A DNA stretch of 63,056 nucleotides, counting the filler, from Thelocarpon superellum (lineage: Eukaryota): assembly GCA_026025795.1 (NCBI GenBank). It is 7 parts of 7 records of this genome, joined end to end, with 100 filler letters (N's around TTAATTAATTAA, not from the genome) between each part and the next. Parts side by side here need not be neighbours in the genome. Positions count along the whole stretch, not along the records: positions 18,110 to 27,034 come from JAPEUG010000584.1; positions 27,135 to 36,047 come from JAPEUG010000585.1; 5 more parts are not named here. One strand, written 5' to 3'. Positions 24,398 to 36,147 of this stretch are shown piece after piece. Both the position numbers and the translations under genes were made by a program. How positions within the stretch are numbered: the first letter of the stretch is position 1; every line of letters starts with the position of its first letter. The notes beneath the pieces are model-generated. The model made no database searches. It was not told the DNA's origin and saw only the letters and a list, made by a program, of their open reading frames with translations.

Positions 24398-24791
24398 TCA
24401 CTGCGAACCTACATATCCGCATTTGCACATATCACAGCCCACTTGGGACACCACGCTCTCGCTCCACGGGAAGAGGTAATGCTGGCCGCCTAGGCCGTCG
24501 GCGTTGCAACCAATGTTGGCGACACACAGAGGGTAGTGCAAGATTTGGAGAGGATCACACCAGAACGTATCCTCACGCGGCGGTTGGTCGCTTGCTGCCG
24601 CTGCCGCTGCCTCTGCTTGGGTTGAGCTGTTGAAGGGAGCCACGGTGGGGAGCGCCAACAGTGACTGGGTAAGGGCGGCGAGCACGAGGCCTGAAGCATG
24701 GTATGTCAGGTCAGTCCCCCTCCGCCGGGTCATCACCGCGTGGGTGAGTCGAGGGAGAGTAAATACCTTGGAAGGAGAGAGCGAACTTCAT
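24398..24791 (-). CDS. Small secreted cysteine-rich protein of about 105 aa, family not recognised
   Basis: ATG at 24791 and intron 24766-24691 (GTATTT...CTGAC...CAG) join MKFALSFQ|GLVLAALTQSLLALP, a signal peptide-like start. An Ala-rich linker follows, then a 6-Cys domain (FWCDP..PLCVANIGCN..VGCDMCKCG). An alternative spliced 3' end (..GY|LVASEVVLQLKCRR*) is possible. Confidence 0.65.
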
Positions 24792-26153
24792 CTTGACGGA
24801 AACAGGGGTCCTGGAAGGGGATGGGCAGTTGGAGTCCTAGAATGGAAGGCTTGGGTAGGGGTAGGAAGTAATGTGATTGAAGACAGTGAAGAGGAGAATC
24901 ACAGCTTGCATATAGTGGATAGAACCAGGTCGTGGCTGTGGCAACTTATAGGAGTCCGTCGACCTCTCACGGTCATCCACTGGCCCGAAAGTCCTTCCAA
25001 TTGTGCCGTGCACAAAGCTTACGCCTGTGGCTATCCCGCAGGTGTGGAGTCTTCATTTGCCTTCTTCGTCGTTGCTCGGCACTTGCACCGCGTTTGAACA
25101 ACACGCATCCTGGGCCTGCCGGATGTGTGACCTGGAAGCCCCTCGTCTTTCCACCTTTTGCTCGTGAATATGTGGACAGGGAGGCAATAGTGGCCAGACC
25201 TGACAAGTGTGGACCAACCGAGGCCACAATTGCCAGAAAGAGTGTCTAGTGTGTACTCGCATGCTGTCATATCGTCCGATCTTGCTTAGCTGACTTTCAC
25301 TTACCTTCCTGGATGGTTATGCAATTCAGCTCTCGACATGCATAGGTGTGCAGGTCTAGATAGGGAATAGATTAGACACATTTGCCGTCACGGGCCCCAA
25401 CACGCCCAAACAGGTAGGCCGATGTGCAACACCCGTGATGGCGACAGGCAAAGCTAGAGAGCGTTTGGCGAACGCCCTTGCCGATGAATCGATGCTCTCG
25501 TCCTCCACGATCTTCTCGCTCCTCCACGCTCGCCCGCTCTGACCCTTGTCTCGTGATGACCGGGTCATTAAGCAGTCGGGCGTTCCTTTCCAGATGAGTT
25601 CGTTCGGTGCGTGAGGTACGATTCAGAAAAGCGGTGCGCGAATGTATTTCGTTTCAACACGCAGCTTGACGGACCCGGACCATTTCTGTGGGTTACGTAA
25701 GCGAGGTTTTGGATCGCCGTATGAAGAAAGGCGAATGCGATTGTGATGGCTGTAAGAAACCCATCAGAAACGGCAATCGACACCACCTCCCCTTGAATAC
25801 CCTGAACATACTCGCCAGTCGTTTGACTTCGCCTGGAGCGAAGTAGCCCCTCTTCTGTTGTCGAGCCGTGCTTGAAAGTGCCAACTACCGCCACCATCAT
25901 CTGCTTTCTGCTTAACCCGCTGCGTCTGCCACCACATCGTCCACCTGACGGCCGCATTCACTTGAGGTGACTCAGGCCTCTCTGGGATCTTGGCGAAGGT
26001 CGGTAGCTATAAACGACGATATTAGCCCGAGGACCTGTGCTAAATCTTCTCTAGTGACACGCCATCGCTCGATACGACGAGATCTGCTTGACTGCTACCT
26101 GTCTGCCTCACCTTCAATCCTCCTCCCACACGCAACCCCATCATTCAGCCTCG

Positions 26154-27034
26154 ATGGCCGCTACATCAACAGCTCCGCCTCCGTCGGCGACGATCAACGG
26201 CAAGCCCGCCTCACCCGTGCCCCTCGATACCATCCCCATCTCTCCGGTGGGTGAGCACGGTGCAACGTCTGACGAGAATGCGGTATGAATGAGCAATGTC
26301 GAGAAAGGGGAGGTGGAGACTAATGATGATGGGCAGATCACTGTGTTCCATGACCCGGATAACTTCAACGTCAAACACCCGCTGATGCACAAGTGGACGT
26401 TGTGGTTCACCAAACCACCGAGTGGCAAGGTACGGAGCAAGGGGCGCCATCTCCCGCGCACGACACTGACCTGCGCATAGGGCGACAACTGGAACGATCT
26501 GCTGAAGGAGGTGGTCACCTTTGATTCGGTCGAGGAGTTTTGGGGAGTTTACGTGAGTGCAGGCACAGAATACTTACCCTGCTTTACCCGCTTATGCCTA
26601 GCCCAGAACAACATCACACCTACATCGGAACTGGCGCTCAAATCCGACTACCACCTCTTCAAGCAAGGCGTGCGTCCAGAGTGGGAAGACAGTCAGAACA
26701 AACACGGCGGGAAGTGGGCGTATCAATTCAAGGAGAAGCGAGCGGTACCGATCGACGAACTCTGGCTGCACGTCATGCTGGCGGCCATCGGCGAGACCCT
26801 CGAGGATGGCGACGACGGTGAAGTCATGGGCGTGGTCGTCAACGTGCGCAAGGGCTTCTACCGAATCGGCCTATGGACGCGCACGGTGGGGAAGAGCCTG
26901 CCAGGCGGGCCCGACGGCGACGTGGCAGGCGGCAAGGGACGGAGCTCAGAGAAGGGCAAGGAGGTATTGATGGGCCTCGGCCAGCGATTCAAGGAGGTCC
27001 TCAAGCTGCGGGACACAGAGCAGGTCGAGTTTTC
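26154..27034 (+). CDS. CDC33: Cap-binding translation initiation factor eIF4E, 3' end cut at the contig edge
   Basis: KHPLMHKWTLWF, FDSVEEFWGVY, SDYHLFKQGVRPEWED..NKHGGKW, LWLHVMLAAIGE, GVVVNVRKGFYRIGLW. Introns at 26283-26336, about 26430-26480 and 26553-26606. Confidence 0.96.
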
Positions 27035-27134
27035 NNNNNNNNNNNNNNNNNNNNNNNNNNNNNNNNNNNNNNNNNNNNTTAATTAATTAANNNNNNNNNN
27101 NNNNNNNNNNNNNNNNNNNNNNNNNNNNNNNNNN
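27035..27134. other. Artificial contig spacer
   Basis: N44-TTAATTAATTAA-N44. Confidence 0.98.
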
Positions 27135-27253
27135 TTTGTCAACACCAGGCCAAAGCCCGTGCCCGCCGCCCACACGACAAGGAAGGCGACGTAGAGCTGC
27201 CATATCGACGAAGGGTTGGACAGCCAGGATTGAAGTGTGGTTTGCTTGGACAT
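27135..27253 (-). CDS. Possible N-terminus of a membrane-anchored protein running off the contig end
   Basis: ATG at 27253 opens MSKQTTLQSWLSNPSSIWQLYVAFLVVWAAGTGFGLVLT..., with a hydrophobic segment and no stop before the gap. Too short to identify. Confidence 0.35.
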
Positions 27254-29132
27254 CGGTTCAACGCTGTCCCCACGGCCGTTCTTCGGGCGATGAGAGGATC
27301 GCTGGGCGCATGTGGCAGCACGTACGCGCTTCAGATTGACCCCGTCATTCTAGAAGAAGAAGCGGACATGGAAGAATGATGCACGCAGAGAGGAAAGAAA
27401 AGAAAGACCCGTATGTCAGCCTGGACCGTGCTGTTGGTGGTATGGTGGAAAGGAGCGTCGAGATGGGCTGTGCAACTGAAGCCGAACTGCCAAATAGTAG
27501 TGGCAGCCCTTCGTTTTCCGGCGGCGGAGGAGCGCAGGACACGCAGGAATCCTTCCCGACCTCTAGGTAAAATGAACTAGTCAGGGGCCGCTAGACCCTT
27601 GGCGGCGGTCGAGGGACGTTGCGAGAGGGGCTGAACGTCACCTGACCGCGGGCAGGTGCTGTGCTCTGGGGCCCGTTGCATCGGGATCTCGGATGCGAGC
27701 TGTCCGAAGTCGTGCCTGTGAGCCGTCGAGAGCGTGTGGTAGATTGCCCTTACGTTTTCCCCCTCCGATCAGAGTCTCCAAGTGCAGCATCCAGGAACGT
27801 GAGCGATGCCTATGGCGACGGGACTCAGACCACAGATCTGGATGGGCTAGCGGTCATGCCTCGCAGGATCGGAAGTCATAGGGGGAGGACCCTGCGATCG
27901 CACGGTCGAGGCTTATAGGGAGGCGATTGGCTGACACCCGGGATGTGCCTGTACAACACGTGCCATGTCACTTTGATGGGCAGAGACTTCTGATCCAGCC
28001 TGTTTCATCAAATGATGCGGAGTACAGTACGGGAAATTCATGGAGACAAGTACTATCCTAGCTCACGGAACAGCGATCTGCAGAGAGGAGATGGACCTAG
28101 AAACTATCGAACAGAGCTTCTCATGAATGTGCTCGCAACGTAGCCAAGTGGCGGTCTGAATGTTCCTCTCACTACTTGTGCGACGAGTACTCATACTGCG
28201 CATAACACCCTACTGGAAGTTGTCCGTCAAGTCTGCAGCGGAGTACTGGTAGCCGGGCCCACAGCGACCGGCCCAAAGGAAGACCAGTGGGCGAGTCCCT
28301 AGAGAAGTCGCTCGTGCGCCGCCCCGAACGCGGTCGCGACCGGCCGCGCCCGGTCGCGACACGGACCCCACCACTGCCGTCGCGGGCGGACCGCTCGTCG
28401 CCTTCACGCTTCGCTTAGCCGAGGCGTTCCCTGGCCTATCACCCACCCGACCTCTCCTCGTGTCCGATGAACTGACCTCCCGTGCGCTAACCGCTAAGGC
28501 AGACTGGCAGCCACCAGCCAACGACGCTGGCCCAACACCCCGTGAGCTGGCCCGCGTCCAGTTACTCCTTGTGGACGGTAGCCTTGCGTGCGTGCAATAA
28601 TCTGGCGTCGCTGCAGCTTGGCTGTGGGTCTAGTTAGGGCTGGACCAAGGGCCGTGGCCGCTGCTTGACCTGTCACCGCACCGATGCTGACCAGGGACCC
28701 TGGAATCGATAGCGAGCGAGAGGTGACTGCTAGCGGAGATGAGCCTCGCCGGGACGCCGCTGGGACGGTGCTCCAGCCATCGTCCGCTTCGGGACGTCGG
28801 TGTCGCCGCCAAGCAGCTGCAGGACGGGGAGGAAGAGGAACGACGAGGGAGGAGACTCGGCCTGCATAGCCGGGCGCCCCCAAGAGTGGTAAGGAGGGGA
28901 GTAGACGCTGCGCTCGAGCACCAGCGGACCGGAGGCCAGAGCCTAGTCATGGATGGCAGCACCCTGGTGCCAGTACAAAAGCCATTCGTCGTCCTCGTAC
29001 CTCTTTTCAGGCCCCCACCAGCTTCTCCTTCTGCCCAATTCCCCCTCGGACGTGTTAGACTGCGTCTCGCGGGTGTTCCTTCACACCGTCGTGCCCTTTC
29101 TCCCGCCCGTCGCCATCATCACCACCAACACC

Positions 29133-30580
29133 ATGAGATCCTCGATCATCCTCGCCGGCTCGGTCTTGCTCGGCGTCTGCGTCGCCATTAGCTGGCCACC
29201 TGAGCCGACCAATGCCGACGCGGTGAAGCTCACGGCGCACCAGGGCTTCACGCCGCGTCCCACGAATGGTCCGAGCTTAAATAAGGTGTCACTGGAGCTG
29301 GCCAAAAACAAGCACAAGAGAGACGTTGTCGGGACCAATGTCTGCGGCTTCGTGGACGGAGACTCCAGTAGGTCCCGGGGGCAATGACAGCTCAAGGGTC
29401 GGGACTAACACTCTTCCAGGCGAGGCCATCTCCTGCAGCATCGACCGCACATGTCTGTTCTACCACTTCCCCGCCAGTCTGTCGTTGTACGGTATGGCCG
29501 GCTGCTGCCAGGGCACCAACACCATCGATTGTGGCTGGGCGGTGGATTGCGTCAATTCGGCCGATTACGACGCTTCGTGTGACCTGGACTGTCAGACCGA
29601 TACCCTGACTCGGAAATGGTTCGTGTGCCGAGCCGTTGTTCTGCCCTGTAATGCTCTTGGGCGTTGGGCACATTGAAACTGACATTGTCTTGCGCAGTAC
29701 CGATGCCGATGAGCCCTATTGCTCGTCCTACAAGTACCCCGAATCCGACGTCCTCGACTACGGTTGTGGCGCCCTGCCCTCGTCGGGCTATCAGGAGGTC
29801 TTGTTGACGTACAGTGGGGAGAATTCGCCCTCCAACTCGATCAATGTGCTGAGTGACCTGTTCTCCACGACCCCGACCGACTCGTCGCGACCCACGTTGC
29901 CGACGAGGACCAGCAGCAGCTCTCAAACGAACTCGCCCTTACCCTCGCCTCAAACTGGCTCGTCTGTGCCCGTTGGGGCAATTGCAGGTGGCGTTGTCGG
30001 CGGTCTTCTGCTGATCGGTGGCATCATTGCCGTTGCCCTGTTTCTTTGCCTTCGCTCGCGCCGGGCGGCTCGCCGGGGTCGGGCCGGCCCCGGCGGCCCC
30101 GCCGTCGGGCCCCAGGCCGGGACACAGTACGCTCCTGGACAGGCCCCCGGAGGATATTACCCAGTTCAACAGCAAGCTCCACCAATGCAACAGCAGGGCC
30201 CACCCCAGCCCCCCCCACCGGGCCCATCTCAGGGACCTATGTCTCCGATGTCGCCGATGACCCCGATGGCTGGGGCTGGGGCCGCCGGCTTTTATCCGCC
30301 GGATCAGAAGCAGATGGAACCGACCATCGTCGAACCTGAAGCAAATACCTACCAGGGCGTCGGCGGGGTGTCGCCCCAGCCATCATACCGCCCCTTCAGC
30401 TCCGAGATGGAAGGATCGTCGACGACGCCCAGCAGCCCGCTCCCGTCGTACAATCAAGCCTCTTATGTGCCGCCGCAGAGCACGGGCGCCTCCGAAGTAT
30501 CTCATCTTGACAGTCACTCGACCGGGCCGCCACTCACGTCGTACAATGGTGGTCCGATCTATGAGGCGCCCGGACAGTAG
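29133..30580 (+). CDS. Single-pass cell-surface protein (signal peptide, Cys-rich ectodomain, S/T stalk, TM helix, P/Q-rich tail; Mid2/Wsc-like layout)
   Basis: MRSSIILAGSVLLGVCVA signal; dibasic KHKR|DVV; Cys-rich CGFVDG..SC..TC..GCC..C..C..C..C..C..YC..YGC; TM VGAIAGGVVGGLLLIGGIIAVALFLCL followed by RSRR. Introns at 29368-29419 and 29619-29697. Confidence 0.8.
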
Positions 30581-30808
30581 TCACCATTGTCGGTGAAGGA
30601 TGGCAAGGTGCTCAAGATCTTCTACTCTCCTTCTTCTCCTTCATCATCCGTGAGGAGATCTCTTTTGGATTTTTTGGGGGGCGGGAGACGGGAGAGGCTC
30701 ATCTCTTCTGGGTCATCTTTCTCATTTGTAGGTTGGCTTGGAACAGGGTGTCCAGGGTAGGGCGTCACGTCAATGAACCTGTGTGACATTGGATAGGATC
30801 GGTGGTAG

Positions 30809-31661
30809 TTAATGTGACGATCGACGGACGCACAAATCTGTCCGGAAAACCCACTTCTCGCCGTCTAGAACTTCACGTCCCTCATGAAGCATGCATTGTG
30901 AGCCATGCCGGTGAAGCAGCGCCATGCCGGTCTCTAGGCCCACGACGATTGGCGCGGCCTCGTCCCCTGCTGGCGTCACCGGCTTCGTTGTCGAGGCGAC
31001 ACCCTCACCCGGATAGAAAACGGTTTCGCCGCCGACGCAGCCGCTGGCTGGACTCGTCAAATAAATCAGGATAGTCCAGGTGGTGACGGCAGCCCCGGCA
31101 CCGGGCAACGTGACCGTGTTGGGTGCATCGTCTGCTCGCGTGAGATTCACGGATGAGCGATGAGTGATGGCCGAGCGTCACAGAGTGGGGACGCCTTCAC
31201 TCACAGTGGGGACCGAAGAATTGGCCCTTGCGATAACGGTAGACGCGTATGTTGGGATTCACCCCGACTGGTTCGCCGCCCCAGAGCTTCCGTCGGTCCT
31301 CTTCGCCCCCGACGCCGAGGACCAGTTCCCTCAGCGCGGTGTTCTCCCAGAGACGGTTGGCGAGGGATTGGTCCTTGACCTGGTAGCGATCATTGATGCG
31401 AAGTGCATCGCCTCTTTTACGCTGCGAGGGGGTGGTCTGCAGCTCCACATTTGACGACGCAAACTTTACTAGAGTGCTGCACAACGTGGAGGTCCAGAAA
31501 TTGTGGATCAGGAGGATTTGATCCGGCACGAGTGTGAAAAGGGAGAGGTCTGAGGATGGGACCAAAGGTTGTAGCTTGGGCCAGCTGGGTGGTTTGTCAC
31601 CCGCCTTGGGTGGAGCAGTCCTCGAGGATGCCGACTTCTGTGCGCCGCTCTTTGGCGTCAT
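30809..31661 (-). CDS. 2-oxoglutarate/Fe(II)-dependent dioxygenase (prolyl-4-hydroxylase-like)
   Basis: VGVNPNIRVYRYRKGQFFGPH plus a spliced YD gives the HxD motif. Also WTILIYLT..GGETVFY, the distal His in CMLHEG, and KWVFRTD. One intron at about 31133-31205. Confidence 0.88.
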
Positions 31662-32598
31662 TGTGGAGGGGCGACCGTTTGGCGGTCGAACTTGTCTCAC
31701 GGCAATGTCTCACAGAATTTCTTGCACGACGGTAATCAGCTGGCGGTCACGGCAAATGGTCGATGTCGGTCCAATTGCTACGCGTCTTGAGCGGAAGCGA
31801 CTGGTCCTCGTACAATTCATGGTCGTGATCAGGACAGGGACAAGAATCATGCGCGTCTTGCACCTGCACTTGCTTGCAACTTCAGGCGCTGAGCGGGCAC
31901 CCCGCACTTGTAGGAGCAAGTGGAGGAAACGAATCGCGTTGACGAGCGGCTAAATTCGGACCGGCAATCGGTGCCCAGCAAGGGCATGCTTTGCTCCCAC
32001 GGATTGCTCTGCGTTACCAAGAGCGTCTTCAGCAGTAGTGAAACCTGTCGCCCCGTGAATGCGAGTGCCAGACCAACGGCATGGTCACTACCGACGAAGC
32101 CTGATGTGCTCTAGTTCTAGGTGGTCACTGTACAGGGCAGTCGGGAAACAACGTTCTCCTGGGAGCGGAGCAGCATAGTTACAGCAAGTGGGCACTTCGT
32201 CCCAGCTTTGATTGGATCCGGATGTGCGCTGCCCACCCCAGCAGTTAGCAGTTAACTCACTCTGTACCAGGTAGGACCTTCGTACGTGCGGTTCACTTCC
32301 GGTTAGTAGTGCGTTTCTCAAGTCTCTCACGCATTTCCCTGACCGCAACTCGCAACTTGCAATCTGCAACGGACTCGGGCGGCCGCCACCCCACCTCGAG
32401 ACTCACTCGACGGCAGATCCTTCGGCCTTCAGCGGCTTTCTCGCGCTCGGACAATTGAAGCTCAAGAGCGCCTGCGGTCTTCGCAGCGCCCTCCCTCCGC
32501 CTGAACTCGCATCGCCCTCACCGCGCTCCCAACCCGCGCCACGATCGACACCCCGCTCTGTTATTGAGAATGCGCCCGGCCCAGGCCTCAACAAGATC

Positions 32599-35500
32599 AT
32601 GACAACAGCAGACGGCCATGAGCCGGTGGTCGCCCAAGGGGACCCATTGGGCCGCGATCATGCCGACGTGCCCGCAGACCCATCTCCGCCGCTCTCAGAT
32701 CTGGTGCCCACGTCTGCCAACTCTGCTCTGGGCCACTCGAGCTCGGATACGCCTCTGCCCTCAATACCCAGTCCCAGTCCCGTTCCATCCTCTGCGCCTC
32801 AGATGACGCCATCATCGATTCCCGCCGCGGCGCGTAGCTCGGCCGACGACGCGACCACGCACGCGGCGCCCTCGTCGTCCACTGACCTCCCAGCGGAGGC
32901 GACCCGGCCAGCGCTACAACATAACATGTCAGAAGCGGTCCCGATGGACGTGCTCGTGCCCGTGCCCGTGCCCGTGGCGGTCGGACCATCGACCGAGGAA
33001 GCAGGCTCAACGTTGCCCGATCTCGAGGGGCCTCAGATCCGCGCCTTTGCCAAATTGGAGTTCGACGATGGCCCCTTCTACATGAACACCTACTCCGTCG
33101 AGCTGGGTCGTGATGTCCGTGCCGCCAAACTCGCCTTTCGCAAGGAGCCCGGAAAAGAGTCGGCGCCCGTCTCGCCCCAGCGTCGGAGCTCCAGCATCGG
33201 CGACGTGCCGCAGACGCCGCTCCGAGGGCGACGGGATGAGGGCGGGAGGATCAGCGGGAGCGTGGTGAGCGAAAGCGGTGGCATCATGGGCGTCGACACC
33301 TCGGACCATGAGGGGCTGGTGCGCAAGCGACGGAGTCGGAGGGGCAGCAAGAAGTCCAAATCGACCACGTCGTCCTCGCAGCAGCTGTCGCGCCAGAACT
33401 CGACCGCCGTGACCCACGCCAACGCCAGCGCCAATGCCAGTGCCCAGACGGACTACCAGTCGCTCGCCCTGCAGTCGCTCGCCCACACCCGACCGCTAGA
33501 CTACCCTCTGGATCCTCTGTCGCTGCTGCCCTCGCCCGATGAATGTCCCCTCATCCCCATCCATCCGCCCGCCTCGGCCATCGAGACGGGCGGGCACAAG
33601 GGCATCTCGCGCAAGCACGTCAAGATCGCGTTCAACTTCGAGAAACACCTGTTTGAACTCCACATCGGCGGCCGGAATGGCGCCTTCGTCGAGGACCGCT
33701 GGCACGCTGCGGGCGAGGTGATTCCGCTCAAGAATGGGAGTCATATCCAGATTGGTGGGGTCAGCCTGAGGTTTTCCCTGCCGGATGTGGCCGAAGGCGC
33801 GACGGGAGCGGAAGCGGTGAATGCCTATCGCGAGCGGGAGGCCAATCCCGTCTTTGATGAGGAATACTACACCATGGACATGGCCTACCACGATCACAGC
33901 CTGGACGACGAGGGCGGCATCGACGCTCGCTTGACCAGCGGCTCAGACGAGGACGAGGAGTTCGGAGCGGGATACGACCAAGATCTAGTCGGAGCACCGG
34001 TCGACGAAGAGGGCGAAGATGGCGACGAAGATGATGACGATGAAGAAGACGAGGACGACGAGGGGGAGGAAGAGGAGGAGGAAGAAGGAGAAGAAGAAGA
34101 AGAAGAAGAAGAAGAAGTCGAGGCCACTCCGCCGCCACCGCCGCCGCCGCCGCCGGTCAAACGAGGTCCGGGCCGGCCGCCCAAGAACGGCATCATGTCG
34201 AAGCGGCAGCAGCAACTGCTCGCACGCGAAGCCCGTGAGGCCAAGAAGCTGGACAAGGACGCTACCGTGCCCCCCGTAAAAGTGAAAGGCAAAGTGGGCC
34301 GTCCACGGAAACATCCGAAGCCGGAAAGCCCCACGATCAAACCCGAGAAGCGAAAATACACGAAGCGGAAAGGGATGGATGGAGCCGGGGCAAGCAAGGG
34401 CAAGGAGAACCAGAATGGGGGCAAAGGCCCGTCATCTGACTCGGCCCCGCCCAAGGAGAAGAAGGAGAAGAAAGCGGCCAAGCCGCCACGATCACCGTCG
34501 CCCGTGTTTGATGAGTCGAAACTCACGGCAGAAGAGCTGGCGAAACCGCAGGCGTCTTATGTGGTGCTGATCCATGAAGCACTATCCCACTCCAAGACGG
34601 GAGCCATGTCACTTCCGCAGATCTACCGGGCCATCGAACGGAAATATCCCTTCTACAAACTGCGAGTGACGACCACGGGCTGGCAGAGCAGTGTGCGCCA
34701 CAATCTGTCCCAGCACCACGCCTTTCAAAAGGTGGAGCGAGACGGCAAAGGTTGGATGTGGGGCCTTGTGCCGGGCGTGTCGATCGAGAAGGAAAAGAAA
34801 CGGCGCGCATCCCCGCCGCCACATCCACCTCAGCCCTACCCGGCCTCTGCGCGACCAGGGGCCATGCCGCTCGCACACCACGGCATGGTGCCAGCATCGT
34901 ACGGTGCACCAAATCGGAGCATGGGTCCGCCACCGCCGCAGGCCATGCCCGCACGTGCCGCCGGCGCCGGGGTGGGCCCGTTGGGAGCCGCGCAGGCAGG
35001 ACCGGGACTTTCGTCCTTTCCCGCAGCCCGAGCTCCCAATGGATATCAGTCTCCGTATGCCACTGCATCGACCAACCCGCAGGCCGTGCGCAGTGTCAAC
35101 CCCGCCATCCAGTCACGACTTCCTCCGCCACCCCCGTCGCACCTCACGGCTGCCGCTGCCCAACCGCGCACGTCGGACGCGTCCATCGCGCTGCCTCCGC
35201 TCGCCCGACCTACTACCACGCCGTCATCATCATCGTCCTCCTCTCAGCCCGCTCGTGCCGGTCCTGCGCTCAACGCAGAGATCATCCAAGCGGTGCAAAA
35301 CTTCAAGACGGCTCTGATCAAGTCGATTCCCCCCTCCAAGATGGCCTCATCGGAAGCGATCGTCCAAAGCGCTGTGAATCGAGCGCTCGGCCTGAGCGAC
35401 AAAACGAGCTTGCCCAATGGCCGCGAAGACCCGCAGGAGGCGACGATCATGAAAGCACTCGCGACCATCATCGGAGGCGTCACTGGCCGCGCACCCTCGA

Positions 35501-35982
35501 AGACGGCAGCACCGCCGGTCCGCACCCCACAACCGGCTCCTCCGAAGCCGGCACCACCTGCCGCGGCACCACCTGCAAATGCCCCGTCGCAGCTCCTGCA
35601 GTATCTGGCCAAAGTGAGCAAGAACCCGCCGCGAGCTACCTCGACTCCGACTCCAACTCCGGGCTCTGGGGCGCCGACGAATGGAGCGGGAGTGGCAAAT
35701 CCGTCCGAGGCGGACACGAAGGCGGGCCAGGCTCCCCCACCGCCCAACGACGGAGCAAACTCATCCCCTCCATCGCAACCTGTCGTCGTCACAGTCGCTG
35801 GTATCAAGCGCGCACGCGACGCCGAGGCAGATGGTGTGAAGACCGAGCACCGTGGGTTCGACGGGACCAAGGACCAACCGAAAGAGACGCCACCGCGCGC
35901 CGTGAAGCGAAGCAGACTTGACAACAGCAACGGGCACGAGCGGGGGAGCAATCGTGTCGTTAGCGTGGTAGATGCTCGATGA
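32599..35982 (+). CDS. FHL1: FHA + forkhead transcription factor, Fhl1-like
   Basis: AFAKLEFDDGPFYMNTYSVELGRD...GISRKHVKIAFN..GRNG (FHA with a long insert), an acidic tract, AT-hook-like KRGPGRPPK and GRPRK, and forkhead KPQASYVVLIHEAL..WQSSVRHNLS. Single long ORF. Confidence 0.85.
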   Translation: MTTADGHEPVVAQGDPLGRDHADVPADPSPPLSDLVPTSANSALGHSSSDTPLPSIPSPSPVPSSAPQMTPSSIPAAARSSADDATTHAAPSSSTDLPAEATRPALQHNMSEAVPMDVLVPVPVPVAVGPSTEEAGSTLPDLEGPQIRAFAKLEFDDGPFYMNTYSVELGRDVRAAKLAFRKEPGKESAPVSPQRRSSSIGDVPQTPLRGRRDEGGRISGSVVSESGGIMGVDTSDHEGLVRKRRSRRGSKKSKSTTSSSQQLSRQNSTAVTHANASANASAQTDYQSLALQSLAHTRPLDYPLDPLSLLPSPDECPLIPIHPPASAIETGGHKGISRKHVKIAFNFEKHLFELHIGGRNGAFVEDRWHAAGEVIPLKNGSHIQIGGVSLRFSLPDVAEGATGAEAVNAYREREANPVFDEEYYTMDMAYHDHSLDDEGGIDARLTSGSDEDEEFGAGYDQDLVGAPVDEEGEDGDEDDDDEEDEDDEGEEEEEEEGEEEEEEEEEVEATPPPPPPPPPVKRGPGRPPKNGIMSKRQQQLLAREAREAKKLDKDATVPPVKVKGKVGRPRKHPKPESPTIKPEKRKYTKRKGMDGAGASKGKENQNGGKGPSSDSAPPKEKKEKKAAKPPRSPSPVFDESKLTAEELAKPQASYVVLIHEALSHSKTGAMSLPQIYRAIERKYPFYKLRVTTTGWQSSVRHNLSQHHAFQKVERDGKGWMWGLVPGVSIEKEKKRRASPPPHPPQPYPASARPGAMPLAHHGMVPASYGAPNRSMGPPPPQAMPARAAGAGVGPLGAAQAGPGLSSFPAARAPNGYQSPYATASTNPQAVRSVNPAIQSRLPPPPPSHLTAAAAQPRTSDASIALPPLARPTTTPSSSSSSSQPARAGPALNAEIIQAVQNFKTALIKSIPPSKMASSEAIVQSAVNRALGLSDKTSLPNGREDPQEATIMKALATIIGGVTGRAPSKTAAPPVRTPQPAPPKPAPPAAAPPANAPSQLLQYLAKVSKNPPRATSTPTPTPGSGAPTNGAGVANPSEADTKAGQAPPPPNDGANSSPPSQPVVVTVAGIKRARDAEADGVKTEHRGFDGTKDQPKETPPRAVKRSRLDNSNGHERGSNRVVSVVDAR

Positions 35983-36047
35983 GTGTGCCGGGAGGGTGCA
36001 GAGTGCAGAGTACTGAAGGCAGAGTACGCAGTCACGCAGCAAGTCAA

Positions 36048-36147
36048 NNNNNNNNNNNNNNNNNNNNNNNNNNNNNNNNNNNNNNNNNNNNTTAATTAAT
36101 TAANNNNNNNNNNNNNNNNNNNNNNNNNNNNNNNNNNNNNNNNNNNN
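36048..36147. other. Artificial contig spacer
   Basis: N44-TTAATTAATTAA-N44. Confidence 0.98.

Noticed and set aside
26283..26336. Apparent in-frame TGA in eIF4E suggesting readthrough or a pseudogene
   Set aside because: The TGA lies within the donor GTATGA of a normal 54-nt intron (ACTAAT branch, CAG acceptor).
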